A program made the position numbers and the translations under genes. Below the pieces are notes generated by a model. It made no database searches and was not told where the DNA came from. It worked only from the letters and a program-made list of their open reading frames with translations. 32,000 nt of DNA from Candidatus Saccharimonadota bacterium. Its GTDB lineage: Bacteria > Patescibacteriota > Saccharimonadia > Saccharimonadales > Saccharimonadaceae. This document shows, piece after piece, positions 18,313-25,801 of the stretch (the first letter of the stretch is position 1; each line of letters starts with the position of its first letter). Where the stretch lies: the NCBI GenBank assembly GCA_001897305.1, contig MKSO01000001.1:120001-152000 (forward strand). Reading direction: 5' to 3'.

Positions 18313-18321
18313 TGGTATAAT
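18313..18321 (+). promoter_or_regulatory. extended -10 promoter (TGGTATAAT) for tRNA-Thr
   Basis: A TGnTATAAT match lies 30 nt upstream of the tRNA 5' end. Confidence 0.5.
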
Positions 18322-18350
18322 AAACCAAGTAAGCGAGGCCACTCACACGT

Positions 18351-18426
18351 GCCGTTATAGCTCAGTTGGTAGAGCGGCGCTTTCGTAAAGCGTAGGTCTC
18401 CGGTTCAAGCCCGGATAACGGCTCCA
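18351..18426 (+). tRNA. tRNA-Thr (anticodon CGU)
   Basis: Acceptor GCCGTTA/TAACGGC, D arm GCTC-AGTTGGTA-GAGC, anticodon loop TTCGTAA, T loop TTCAAGC, discriminator U, and an encoded CCA. Confidence 0.92.
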
Positions 18427-18436
18427 TAGCACTATT

Positions 18437-18814
18437 ATGAAGAATACACTCGTCCACTCATTTAAAGAACTTGTCACCAACCGCTATCTGACGGTTTTGA
18501 GTAGTATTCTTGTTCTTTTGTCGATCGCCTTCATTATTTATATTTTTATCGCTGTTCGTCCTAGCGAATTGCAGCTCGTTACGCACTACACTGCCTATGG
18601 TGTAACGCATCTCTACCGCGACCAATGGTTCTACTTGTGGTCATTCGCTGGCTTTGCTGTGCTGGTAGCATTCTTCCATGTTGCGCTCGCTATCAAGCTC
18701 TATATTACAAAAGGTCACCCGCTCGCTATTGGATTGGTTTGGATCGGTATTGGGGTAATTCTTTTTGCATGGGCTACTGCGCTGTCTATTATTAACGTGT
18801 GGTCGCCGGTTTAA
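18437..18814 (+). CDS. small polytopic membrane protein
   Basis: 125 aa with 3-4 predicted TM helices. The ATG is only 10 nt after the tRNA-Thr 3' end and has no RBS. Confidence 0.6.
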   Translation: MKNTLVHSFKELVTNRYLTVLSSILVLLSIAFIIYIFIAVRPSELQLVTHYTAYGVTHLYRDQWFYLWSFAGFAVLVAFFHVALAIKLYITKGHPLAIGLVWIGIGVILFAWATALSIINVWSPV

Positions 18815-18824
18815 AGGTAGGGGC

Positions 18825-20534
18825 ATGTCGAAGTACCTCGATGACCTCGAGCTGCCGCTTGGAAAGCGTAGTCGATTTTATCGCTTCTTCGAGATGTTCC
18901 CAGCTATTATTAGCTACGGTGCTTTTATTCTTCTTATAGTCCTTTCGTTAGTATCACCGCTACTAGCAGCTATTTACCTTATGCTGGTTATTATCACGCT
19001 TTTAATTAGAGCGGTTGGTATCGTCTACCATACCCTAGCGGGTCACAGGCGTTTGGTGAAGTCTCAGCGTGTTCATTGGGCGCATCGCCTGGCCGAACTT
19101 GAGACACCAAAAGAGGCCTACGAAACCCATAGCCACAGCCGCCCAGAGGGCTATGGCATGCTGCAACATATTGAAAACTTGCGGCTGATCGCTGCCGATG
19201 AGTCCGGTTCTTTCCCGAAACCATCAGATGTATACAATATGGTCATTGTTGCTGCTTATAACGAAGCTTATGAGGTATTGGAGCCTACCATTCGTTCGCT
19301 AACAAGGGTGACCTATGACCAAAAACGGCTTATTGTAGCGCTGGCTTACGAAGAGCGTGGCGGTGAGGCTATTGAACAAACGGCGCAACGCCTCGCCGAA
19401 GAGTTTAAAGACGTCTTTATGACCTTTCAAATTATTAAGCACCCGCGTGACTTACCGGATGAGGTAGTTGGTAAGGGTGGCAACATTACCTACGCCGGTA
19501 AGCAGATGCAGCAATGGGTCGATCAGCAGGGGATTGAATACAAAAATGTGCTCATTACCACCCTCGACTCTGATAATCGCCCGCATTCTGCTTATTTCGA
19601 CTACGCTACCTACGAGTATATTGTCAACGAAGACCGCAAGCACTTAGCTTACCAACCAATTGCCCTGTTCTTAAACAATATTTGGGATGTTCCAGCGCCA
19701 ATGCGCGTGGTAGCAACAGGCAATACCTTTTGGAATATTATTAGTTCAATGCGCCCGCATTTAATGCGTAACTTCGCCTCGCACTCGCAACCGATGGATG
19801 CGCTAGTAGAGATGAACTTTTGGAGTACTCGCACAATTGTAGAGGACGGCCACCAATTTTGGCGTAGCTACTTTTATTTCAATGGCAATTATTCGGTGCA
19901 TCCGCTGTATATCCCTATCTATCAAGATGCCGTTCTCGACAATACCTACCTAAAAACCTTTAAAGCGCAGTTTATACAGCTACGTCGCTGGATGTATGGT
20001 GCTTCGGATATACCATTTGTAGCCGAGAAAGTGTTTACCAATAAACGTACCGTACCATTTTGGCCAGCCTTTGTATGGTTTATACGCGGGCTTGATGGGT
20101 ATGTAACGGCTGCTTCTGTCTCCATTATTGTCGCGGTGGGCGGATGGGTTCCTTTGCTTATTAATAATCAGGCGTACCGCGATGTTGTGGCGCACCAGTT
20201 ACCAGATACGATTGCCCTGTTTCAACGGATTGCTTTAATCGGTATTATTGTCATGGTCTACTTGTCATTTAAGCTGTTGCCGCCTCGTCCAGAACGATAC
20301 AAGCGTTCACGTACTTTCTGGATGTTGGCTCAGTGGGTGCTGATGCCGTTAACGGCTATCGGGTTCCTGTCATTCGCTGCCTTGAACGCGCAGGCGCGCC
20401 TCTTCTTTGGGCGTTATCTTACGAAGTTTGATGTTACGAATAAGGCCACGGTGGCCTCTAGGGAAGCACTGAAGCATGCTGCCAAGAAAAACGAACCAAT
20501 ACGGGTAAGTGAAGTCGATATCGAGCGTCCATAA
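18825..20534 (+). CDS. membrane-embedded family-2 glycosyltransferase, processive synthase type
   Basis: Start reassigned to ATG 18825 (RBS AAGGTAGGGG). It has N-terminal TM helices, a GT-A core with VIVAAYNE, TTLDSDN (DxD), TIVEDG (ED) and QLRRW (QxxRW), and several C-terminal TM helices. Confidence 0.8.
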   Translation: MSKYLDDLELPLGKRSRFYRFFEMFPAIISYGAFILLIVLSLVSPLLAAIYLMLVIITLLIRAVGIVYHTLAGHRRLVKSQRVHWAHRLAELETPKEAYETHSHSRPEGYGMLQHIENLRLIAADESGSFPKPSDVYNMVIVAAYNEAYEVLEPTIRSLTRVTYDQKRLIVALAYEERGGEAIEQTAQRLAEEFKDVFMTFQIIKHPRDLPDEVVGKGGNITYAGKQMQQWVDQQGIEYKNVLITTLDSDNRPHSAYFDYATYEYIVNEDRKHLAYQPIALFLNNIWDVPAPMRVVATGNTFWNIISSMRPHLMRNFASHSQPMDALVEMNFWSTRTIVEDGHQFWRSYFYFNGNYSVHPLYIPIYQDAVLDNTYLKTFKAQFIQLRRWMYGASDIPFVAEKVFTNKRTVPFWPAFVWFIRGLDGYVTAASVSIIVAVGGWVPLLINNQAYRDVVAHQLPDTIALFQRIALIGIIVMVYLSFKLLPPRPERYKRSRTFWMLAQWVLMPLTAIGFLSFAALNAQARLFFGRYLTKFDVTNKATVASREALKHAAKKNEPIRVSEVDIERP

Positions 20535-20539
20535 AACAA

Positions 20540-20560
20540 ATACCCCCAGTGCGGGGGTAT
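20540..20560. terminator. hairpin terminator (T-tract only on the minus strand)
   Basis: ATACCCCC-AGTGC-GGGGGTAT hairpin. On the minus strand it is followed by TTTGTTTT; on the plus strand no U-tract follows. Confidence 0.6.
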
Positions 20561-20594
20561 AAGCGTCTAGACTGTATTGGGTGGGTAAGATGGG

Positions 20595-20744
20595 CTAAAT
20601 GGTCCGCATCCTGACCTCGTGCTTAATCTCTTGAAGCGTCTTATTGTATTCGAAACCTATGGTAAATCGTTGTAGTGACGATGTTTTTTGTGGTTGCGTT
20701 ACGTTGGTAGTGTTGTTGGTTTTGATCTGTTGAGTGTTACTCAT
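20595..20744 (-). CDS. candidate 49-aa small protein (leaderless), or a non-coding sRNA
   Basis: Own translation: MSNTQQIKTNNTTNVTQPQKTSSLQRFTIGFEYNKTLQEIKHEVRMRTI*. The ATG lies 6 nt after a consensus promoter, and the terminator at 20540-20560 lies downstream. It falls below the ORF-track size cutoff. Confidence 0.35.
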   Translation of the reverse strand: MSNTQQIKTNNTTNVTQPQKTSSLQRFTIGFEYNKTLQEIKHEVRMRTI

Positions 20745-20750
20745 GCATTC

Positions 20751-20779
20751 ATATTAGCATAAAAAGTATATTTTGTCAA
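20751..20779 (-). promoter_or_regulatory. near-consensus sigma70 promoter (minus strand)
   Basis: The minus strand reads TTGACA (20779-20774), a 17-nt spacer, then TAATAT (20756-20751). The ATG at 20744 follows after 6 nt. Confidence 0.6.
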
Positions 20780-20954
20780 TGGAACAGATGCTGGCGGGGT
20801 ATATCGCGTATGATATATAGTTTTTGGAACGAAGAAATATCTTGTTAAAAAGGCTAGTGGAAAACTATCCGTATGTGTGGGTAAATGTCGGAATGCTTCG
20901 GCAGGATAGGGGTTACAGCCAGCTGTAACTAGCGAGAAAGCGCCTCTAAGAAAC

Positions 20955-20976
20955 AAAAAAACCGCCTCGTGGCGGT
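20955..20976 (-). terminator. intrinsic terminator of tRNA-Val
   Basis: The minus strand reads ACCGCC-ACGA-GGCGGT followed by TTTTTTT, 12 nt after the tRNA 3' end. Confidence 0.75.
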
Positions 20977-20988
20977 AAGGGTGCAATC

Positions 20989-21065
20989 TGGTGGGTCCTA
21001 GAGGGCTCGAACCTCTCACCTCCACAACGTCAATGTGGCGCTCTAGCCAAATGAGCTAAGGACCC
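20989..21065 (-). tRNA. tRNA-Val (anticodon GAC)
   Basis: Reverse complement: acceptor GGGTCCT/AGGACCC, D arm GCTC..GAGC, anticodon loop TTGACGT, T loop TTCGAGC, and an encoded CCA. Confidence 0.92.
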
Positions 21066-21146
21066 AGGTGGTTTTTCACGGCAACGCCGCGAAGGCTTTA
21101 TTTATGGTAGCAGAATAGGGGTGAATAGACAAGATTCTTAAAGGAG

Positions 21147-21155
21147 TGGTATACT
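21147..21155 (+). promoter_or_regulatory. extended -10 promoter (TGGTATACT) of the thrS leader
   Basis: A TGnTATACT match. The predicted TSS near 21162 gives a ~200-nt leader. Confidence 0.5.
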
Positions 21156-21161
21156 ATGAGC

Positions 21162-21324
21162 AAGTGCTGACGCGGTCTAACCACCCGCCGAGCTTCGTGG
21201 AGGTTGCCTGTGCGATAACGGGCTTCATAAGTAAAAGTCCGGTGGAACCGCCCCGAATATCCGAGGCCCGAGACATACGATTAATGGATTTAAGTAATTA
21301 AACCGGAAATCGTATGTTTCTTTT
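21162..21324 (+). promoter_or_regulatory. T-box riboswitch leader (Thr-specific) with terminator/antiterminator
   Basis: T-box sequence AGTCCGGTGGAACCGCC (21236-21252), close to the GGGTGGNACCGCG consensus. A candidate specifier ACC-A lies at 21180-21183 in a short stem-loop with a GA motif. A 13-bp terminator stem (21270-21282 with 21308-21320) is followed by TTTT, and its 5' arm can alternatively pair with sequence flanking the T-box bulge. thrS lies downstream. Confidence 0.7.
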
Positions 21325-21362
21325 AATATAGATGGTCATAACGGCCGCAGAAAGGCACAACA

Positions 21363-23180
21363 ATGAGCGACAACCAAGAACATTTACATGCAATGCGACA
21401 CAGCCTGGCGCACATTACCGCTAGTGCTGTGAAAAAACTATGGCCAAACGCCAAGTTTGGCGTGGGCCCAGTGGTTGAGAATGGTTTTTATTATGATATT
21501 GACCTAGGCGAGCAAAAGATTTCCGAATCGGATTTTAAAAAGATCGAAAAAGAAATGCGCACAATTATTAACCAAGGCCAAGATTTTGACCGTTTTGAAA
21601 TGCCGGTTGATGAAGCGATTGAGTGGGCCAAGGTGAATGGCCAGCCCTACAAAGAAGAGCTTTTAAATGACCTCAAGCGCTCGGGGACTACTGTTGCCAA
21701 AGACCTCGATGCCGATGAGCTTGGCTTGGCTGCCGATGGTGATGCCGCAGTTGAAAAGGTCTCATTCTACAAGAACGGTGAGTTCGTTGATTTATGCCGT
21801 GGTCCGCATGTGGCTAACACCAAAGAAGTTGGTGCCTTTAAGCTGCTTCGCGTAGCCGGTGCCTACTGGCGCGGCAACGAAAAGAACGCCCAGATGCAAC
21901 GGCTTTACGGTGTGGCATTCGCGACTCAAGAAGAACTCGATCAGTACCTAGCAATGCTCGAAGAAGGCAAAGCGCGCGACCACCGTAAACTTGGCAAAGA
22001 ACTTGATCTTTACACCGTTTCGCCCCTGGTTGGCGCCGGCTTACCGCTGTTCACTCCACGTGGTACCGTGCTTCGTGATGTTGTGGCCCAGTATTCAAAC
22101 CAATTGCGTCAAAAGCATGGCTTCCAAAAAGTCTGGACACCGCATATTACCAAAAAAGATTTATACGAAACCTCTGGCCACTGGGCAAAGTTTGGCGATG
22201 AACTTTTCTTGGTCACTAGCCAGGAAACCAGCGATGAGTTTGCCTTGAAGCCGATGAACTGCCCGCACCACACTCAAATCTATGCTTCCAGCCCACGGAG
22301 TTATAAGGATATGCCAGTGCGTTTCCTTGAAACCACCACCGATTATCGTGACGAGAAAACTGGTGAATTGGGTGGTCTTAACCGAGTTCGTTCACTTACC
22401 CAGGATGACAGCCATGTCTTTGCTCGACCGGATCAGATCGAGCAGGAGATTAACAGCCTACTCGCTGCTGCTCGTGAACTCTATGAATCTATTGGCATGA
22501 AGCTACGCGTACGGCTTAGCTATCGCGATAGCGGTGAAGGCTATTTAGGTGAACTTTCACTATGGGAATCAGCGCAAGAACAACTAAAAAGTGCCGTTAT
22601 TGCCAATGGTTTGGAATATTTTGAGCAAGAAGGTGAAGCGGCCTTCTACGGTCCTAAAATCGACTTCATGGCAACGGATGCAATTGGCCGCGAACACCAA
22701 GTCGCCACTGTGCAGCTCGACTTTGTACAACCGCAACGCTTTGGCTTAAGCTACACAGATGCCGAAGGTAATGCCGCGCAACCAGTCATGATCCACTGCG
22801 CGCTACTTGGTTCGATCGAGCGTTTCCTGAGCGTGTTTATTGAGCATACCGCTGGCTGGTTCCCGTTATGGGCCGCACCGGAACAAATTCGCATCCTCAC
22901 CATCAACGACACGGTGTTTGATTACGTTGAAGAAATTAAGGCAGTTTTGAGTGAAACAGTACTTATGACGCCGGTTCGCTATAACGAATTGCGTTTTACG
23001 GTTGATGACCGCAACGAAAGCCTTGGTAAGAAAATCCGCGAAGCCACGACTTCAAAAATTCCTGTTCAGTTGATTATTGGCGGTAAGGATAAGGAAGCAC
23101 GAGAAGTGAGCGTCCGTACGCAACAAGGCGAAGAGAAAGTAGCTCTAGGCGCCCTGAGCGACTACTTAAAGAGGTTGTAA
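21363..23180 (+). CDS. thrS: threonine--tRNA ligase (no N-terminal TGS domain)
   Basis: The HxxxH editing/SAD motif (MRHSLAHITASAVKKLWP) starts at residue 11. Class II motifs are present (FRYEKTGELGGLNRVR-like DYRDEKTGELGGLNRVRSLTQDDSH), as is a C-terminal anticodon-binding domain. Confidence 0.95.
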   Translation: MSDNQEHLHAMRHSLAHITASAVKKLWPNAKFGVGPVVENGFYYDIDLGEQKISESDFKKIEKEMRTIINQGQDFDRFEMPVDEAIEWAKVNGQPYKEELLNDLKRSGTTVAKDLDADELGLAADGDAAVEKVSFYKNGEFVDLCRGPHVANTKEVGAFKLLRVAGAYWRGNEKNAQMQRLYGVAFATQEELDQYLAMLEEGKARDHRKLGKELDLYTVSPLVGAGLPLFTPRGTVLRDVVAQYSNQLRQKHGFQKVWTPHITKKDLYETSGHWAKFGDELFLVTSQETSDEFALKPMNCPHHTQIYASSPRSYKDMPVRFLETTTDYRDEKTGELGGLNRVRSLTQDDSHVFARPDQIEQEINSLLAAARELYESIGMKLRVRLSYRDSGEGYLGELSLWESAQEQLKSAVIANGLEYFEQEGEAAFYGPKIDFMATDAIGREHQVATVQLDFVQPQRFGLSYTDAEGNAAQPVMIHCALLGSIERFLSVFIEHTAGWFPLWAAPEQIRILTINDTVFDYVEEIKAVLSETVLMTPVRYNELRFTVDDRNESLGKKIREATTSKIPVQLIIGGKDKEAREVSVRTQQGEEKVALGALSDYLKRL

Positions 23181-23182
23181 CA

Positions 23183-23776
23183 ATGAAACGTCTCGTTATT
23201 GCGATTGACTGTGACGACGTGCTGGTGCGTACGACACCATGGTTTGTTGAAAAGTATAATGAGCTGTACGGGACGTCAGTGACTTTAGAGCAGTCACATA
23301 CTGATAGTGATGAAATTTGGGGTGCCACTCATGCTGAGATGCTCACCAGGTTTGCTCAGATGATTGAAACAGATGAATATAAAGAGTTGGGGCCAACTGA
23401 AGACGAAGTAGCTGTTTTGAAATATTTGGCACAGAACCATGAACTTCATCTTGTGACGGCTCGACAAGAATCCGAGCGACTTTCAACCCAGGCCATGCTT
23501 GATCGTGATCTTTCGAATATTTTCACATCGATGGAATTTGTTGGCTGGCGAGGCTCGAAGGGTGATATTTGTAAGCGTATTAAAGCGGATATTCTTGTCG
23601 ATGATAATGCTCGTCACCTCCTTAATGCTATTGAGCAAGGCCTTCCAGAGGGTGGAGCGCTATTGTTCGGTGATTACCCTTGGAATGCGGATGATAGTAA
23701 TAATGTGAATCTGACGCATTGCTACAGCTGGAGTGACGTAAAAGCTGCTATAGATAAACGTGCTGATCAGGAGTAG
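23183..23776 (+). CDS. HAD-superfamily hydrolase, 5'(3')-deoxyribonucleotidase-like
   Basis: N-terminal DxDxV nucleophile motif (IAIDCDDVLV) and a distal DD motif (ILVDDN). RBS AGAGG. It starts 3 nt after the thrS stop. Confidence 0.65.
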   Translation: MKRLVIAIDCDDVLVRTTPWFVEKYNELYGTSVTLEQSHTDSDEIWGATHAEMLTRFAQMIETDEYKELGPTEDEVAVLKYLAQNHELHLVTARQESERLSTQAMLDRDLSNIFTSMEFVGWRGSKGDICKRIKADILVDDNARHLLNAIEQGLPEGGALLFGDYPWNADDSNNVNLTHCYSWSDVKAAIDKRADQE

Positions 23777-23777
23777 T

Positions 23778-24089
23778 ATGCAAAACAACAGCGAATTTCG
23801 AACTAAAGTCGAAGCTTTGATGGCTCAAGTCCCTGCCGGCTCCGTGACAACGTACGGAGACTTAGCTGCCCTGGCTGGGCACCCATATGCTGCGCGCATC
23901 GTAGGTGGTATGGCACATTACGGCGACCCCTCTTTGCCATGGCATCGGCTAGTGAATCGCTTTGGTGGTTTGGCTGCGGGCTATCATGGGGGCAGGCGGG
24001 CACAAGCTGAGCACTTGGCGGCTGAGGGTATTACCTGTACTAATGATATAGTGGACAATTTTAAGGAGGTGCGATGGCGACCTCTGTGA
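23778..24089 (+). CDS. alkyltransferase-like (ATL) DNA-damage-sensing protein (MGMT DNA-binding domain without the catalytic Cys)
   Basis: It has the MGMT/Ogt C-terminal fold pattern VPAGSVTTYGDLA...AR.VG, but the active-site PCHR is replaced by PWHRLV, as in YbaZ/Atl1-type ATLs. Start set at ATG 23778 (RBS AGGAG). Confidence 0.8.
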   Translation: MQNNSEFRTKVEALMAQVPAGSVTTYGDLAALAGHPYAARIVGGMAHYGDPSLPWHRLVNRFGGLAAGYHGGRRAQAEHLAAEGITCTNDIVDNFKEVRWRPL

Positions 24090-25003
24090 ATAACGAATTG
24101 AACACAAAAAATACTCAAATAAGGGCTACTAATGGAGCGCCCTTAATAGTAGTTGTGGGCCCTACAGCAAGTGGCAAGTCGGCAGTTGCAATGCGGCTTG
24201 CGAAGGCGCTTAACGGTGAAATTATTTGTGCGGACTCACGAACAATATATACACACATGGATATCGGAACCGCGAAGCCAAGTGTTCAGGATAGGGCTGA
24301 AGTACCACATTGGGGCTTGGATTTAGTTGAACCTGGTGAGGTTTTTACAGCAGCTGATTTTAAACAATATGCGACCAAAAAGGTTGCTGAGATACGAAAG
24401 CGAGGGCATGTTCCGCTACTTGTAGGCGGCTCCGGTTTGTATGTAGATGGAGTTATTTTTGATTACACATTTGCTCAGCCAAGCCCGGAAAGGCGCGCGC
24501 AGCTCGAAAAACTGACACTCGAAGAGCTAAAAGAGTATTGTGCTAACAACAACATATCGTTACCTGAAAATGATAAAAATCGTCGCTACGTCATACGAGC
24601 GATCGAACGTCAAAATGATCAAACTAAGAGGTTATCTGAACCCATCGACAATACAATTATTGTAGGAATTGCAACAGACAGAGATGTCCTTCGACGGCGA
24701 ATAGAGGCTCGCAGTGAACAATTGTTTGAACAGGGAATGGTCGAAGAAGCTATTTTATTGGGCAAAAAATATGGCTGGAATTCTGAAGCAATGACTGGCA
24801 ATATTTATAAACTCGTTAAGCAATATACGGACAAGCAACTCACTTTAGACGAACTAAAACAAAAAAATACCATTGCCGACTGGCAGCTCGCAAAACGTCA
24901 ACTTACGTGGTTTAAACGCAACCCATTTATTCAATGGTTGCCACTCAATGATGTTTATGAATATGTACAAGAGCGGTTGATTGCCACCAAGCAAGCTGAG
25001 TAA
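24074..25003 (+). CDS. miaA: tRNA dimethylallyltransferase MiaA
   Basis: P-loop VVVGPTASGKS, plus DSRTIY and MDIGTAKP motifs. RBS AAGGAGG. It overlaps the ATL gene by 16 nt. Confidence 0.92.
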   Translation: MATSVNNELNTKNTQIRATNGAPLIVVVGPTASGKSAVAMRLAKALNGEIICADSRTIYTHMDIGTAKPSVQDRAEVPHWGLDLVEPGEVFTAADFKQYATKKVAEIRKRGHVPLLVGGSGLYVDGVIFDYTFAQPSPERRAQLEKLTLEELKEYCANNNISLPENDKNRRYVIRAIERQNDQTKRLSEPIDNTIIVGIATDRDVLRRRIEARSEQLFEQGMVEEAILLGKKYGWNSEAMTGNIYKLVKQYTDKQLTLDELKQKNTIADWQLAKRQLTWFKRNPFIQWLPLNDVYEYVQERLIATKQAE

Positions 25004-25110
25004 CGTAATTTACTAAAGCCGGCTTCAGGCCGGGTTCCGATGGGGTCTCTACGCCCATCTCCACTCGGCTTGCAGATGGCGTTTAGAAATTAGTTACTCA
25101 GCTTGCTTGG
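24987..25110 (+). repeat. gene-terminal rod-hairpin element, copy 3 (overlaps the miaA 3' end)
   Basis: The outer arms 24987-25004 and 25093-25110 are a perfect 18-bp repeat, extendable to ~31 bp with small bulges. The 5' arm contains the last 5 miaA codons and the TAA. The core is at 25021-25077. Confidence 0.8.
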
Positions 25111-25169
25111 CGCACCCAACCCCTTTGTGCTATCATAAAAGCAATAAATGTGAACAAAGGAACAGGGGA

Positions 25170-25784
25170 ATGATAGACAAATTGTTCGGCTCGAAAACGC
25201 GCGTAAAGCTGCTGCATCTATTTATGAACCATCCTGGTCAATCTTTTTATGTTCGTGAGATTACACGTCTTATTGACGAACAAATTAACTCGGTGCGTCG
25301 TGAGCTTTCAAATATGCTCGAAGTCGGCGTCATTACCAGCGACACGGCCGACAACAAGCTGTATTACCAAGTAAATCAGCGTTACGAATTTTATACAGCT
25401 TTGCGAGCCATTTTTGCTGGTGAGCCAATTACTGCCGAGCAGGTTGGTCCAACCAACTCTGATGGCGTTAATGAACAACACGTCGCCCTCATTAACGAAA
25501 TCCCGGCGCTACGCCTGGCGCTGTTTGCGGGCGTGTTAGTGAAGGGCTCGATTTCGCCAATCGACATTCTGTTGGTAGGCAACTTACCAGCAAACAAAGT
25601 AAAGGCCGCTATTGCGATGATTGAAAAGTTGGAAGGTCGCGAAATCAACTACACTGTCCTGCCATACGATGAGTTCTATTATCGCCTTAGTGTTCGCGAC
25701 CGGTTTATTACCGAAGTATTGGCCGGTAAGCATAGTGTGGCAATAGACAAAGATAACGTACTTGGTGAACACATTCAGAAGTAG
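25170..25784 (+). CDS. winged-helix (ArsR/MarR-like) DNA-binding protein with an uncharacterised C-terminal domain
   Basis: Start reassigned to ATG 25170 (RBS AGGGGA), because the TTG at 25107 lies inside repeat copy 3. The N-terminal FGSKTRVKLLHLF...YVREI...INSVRRELSNL pattern is wHTH-like. TGCTATCAT lies at 25128-25136. Confidence 0.65.
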   Translation: MIDKLFGSKTRVKLLHLFMNHPGQSFYVREITRLIDEQINSVRRELSNMLEVGVITSDTADNKLYYQVNQRYEFYTALRAIFAGEPITAEQVGPTNSDGVNEQHVALINEIPALRLALFAGVLVKGSISPIDILLVGNLPANKVKAAIAMIEKLEGREINYTVLPYDEFYYRLSVRDRFITEVLAGKHSVAIDKDNVLGEHIQK

Positions 25785-25801
25785 TAAGAAGGAGACAGTA
25801 T

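Noticed and set aside
20780-20954. Unassigned 170-nt spacer with a 7-bp hairpin (GTTACAG-CCAG-CTGTAAC) and AT-rich promoter-like hexamers.
   Set aside because: No convincing promoter-plus-terminator pair, ORF or recognisable RNA motif is present. It is mentioned in passing under the adjacent orphan-unit finding, but no feature is called for it.
20741-21025. 94-aa minus-strand ORF from the ORF track.
   Set aside because: It overlaps tRNA-Val (20989-21065) and its terminator, and it reads through the strong promoter region. It is most likely a non-coding artefact. The small 49-codon ORF at 20595-20744 is a separate frame and unit.
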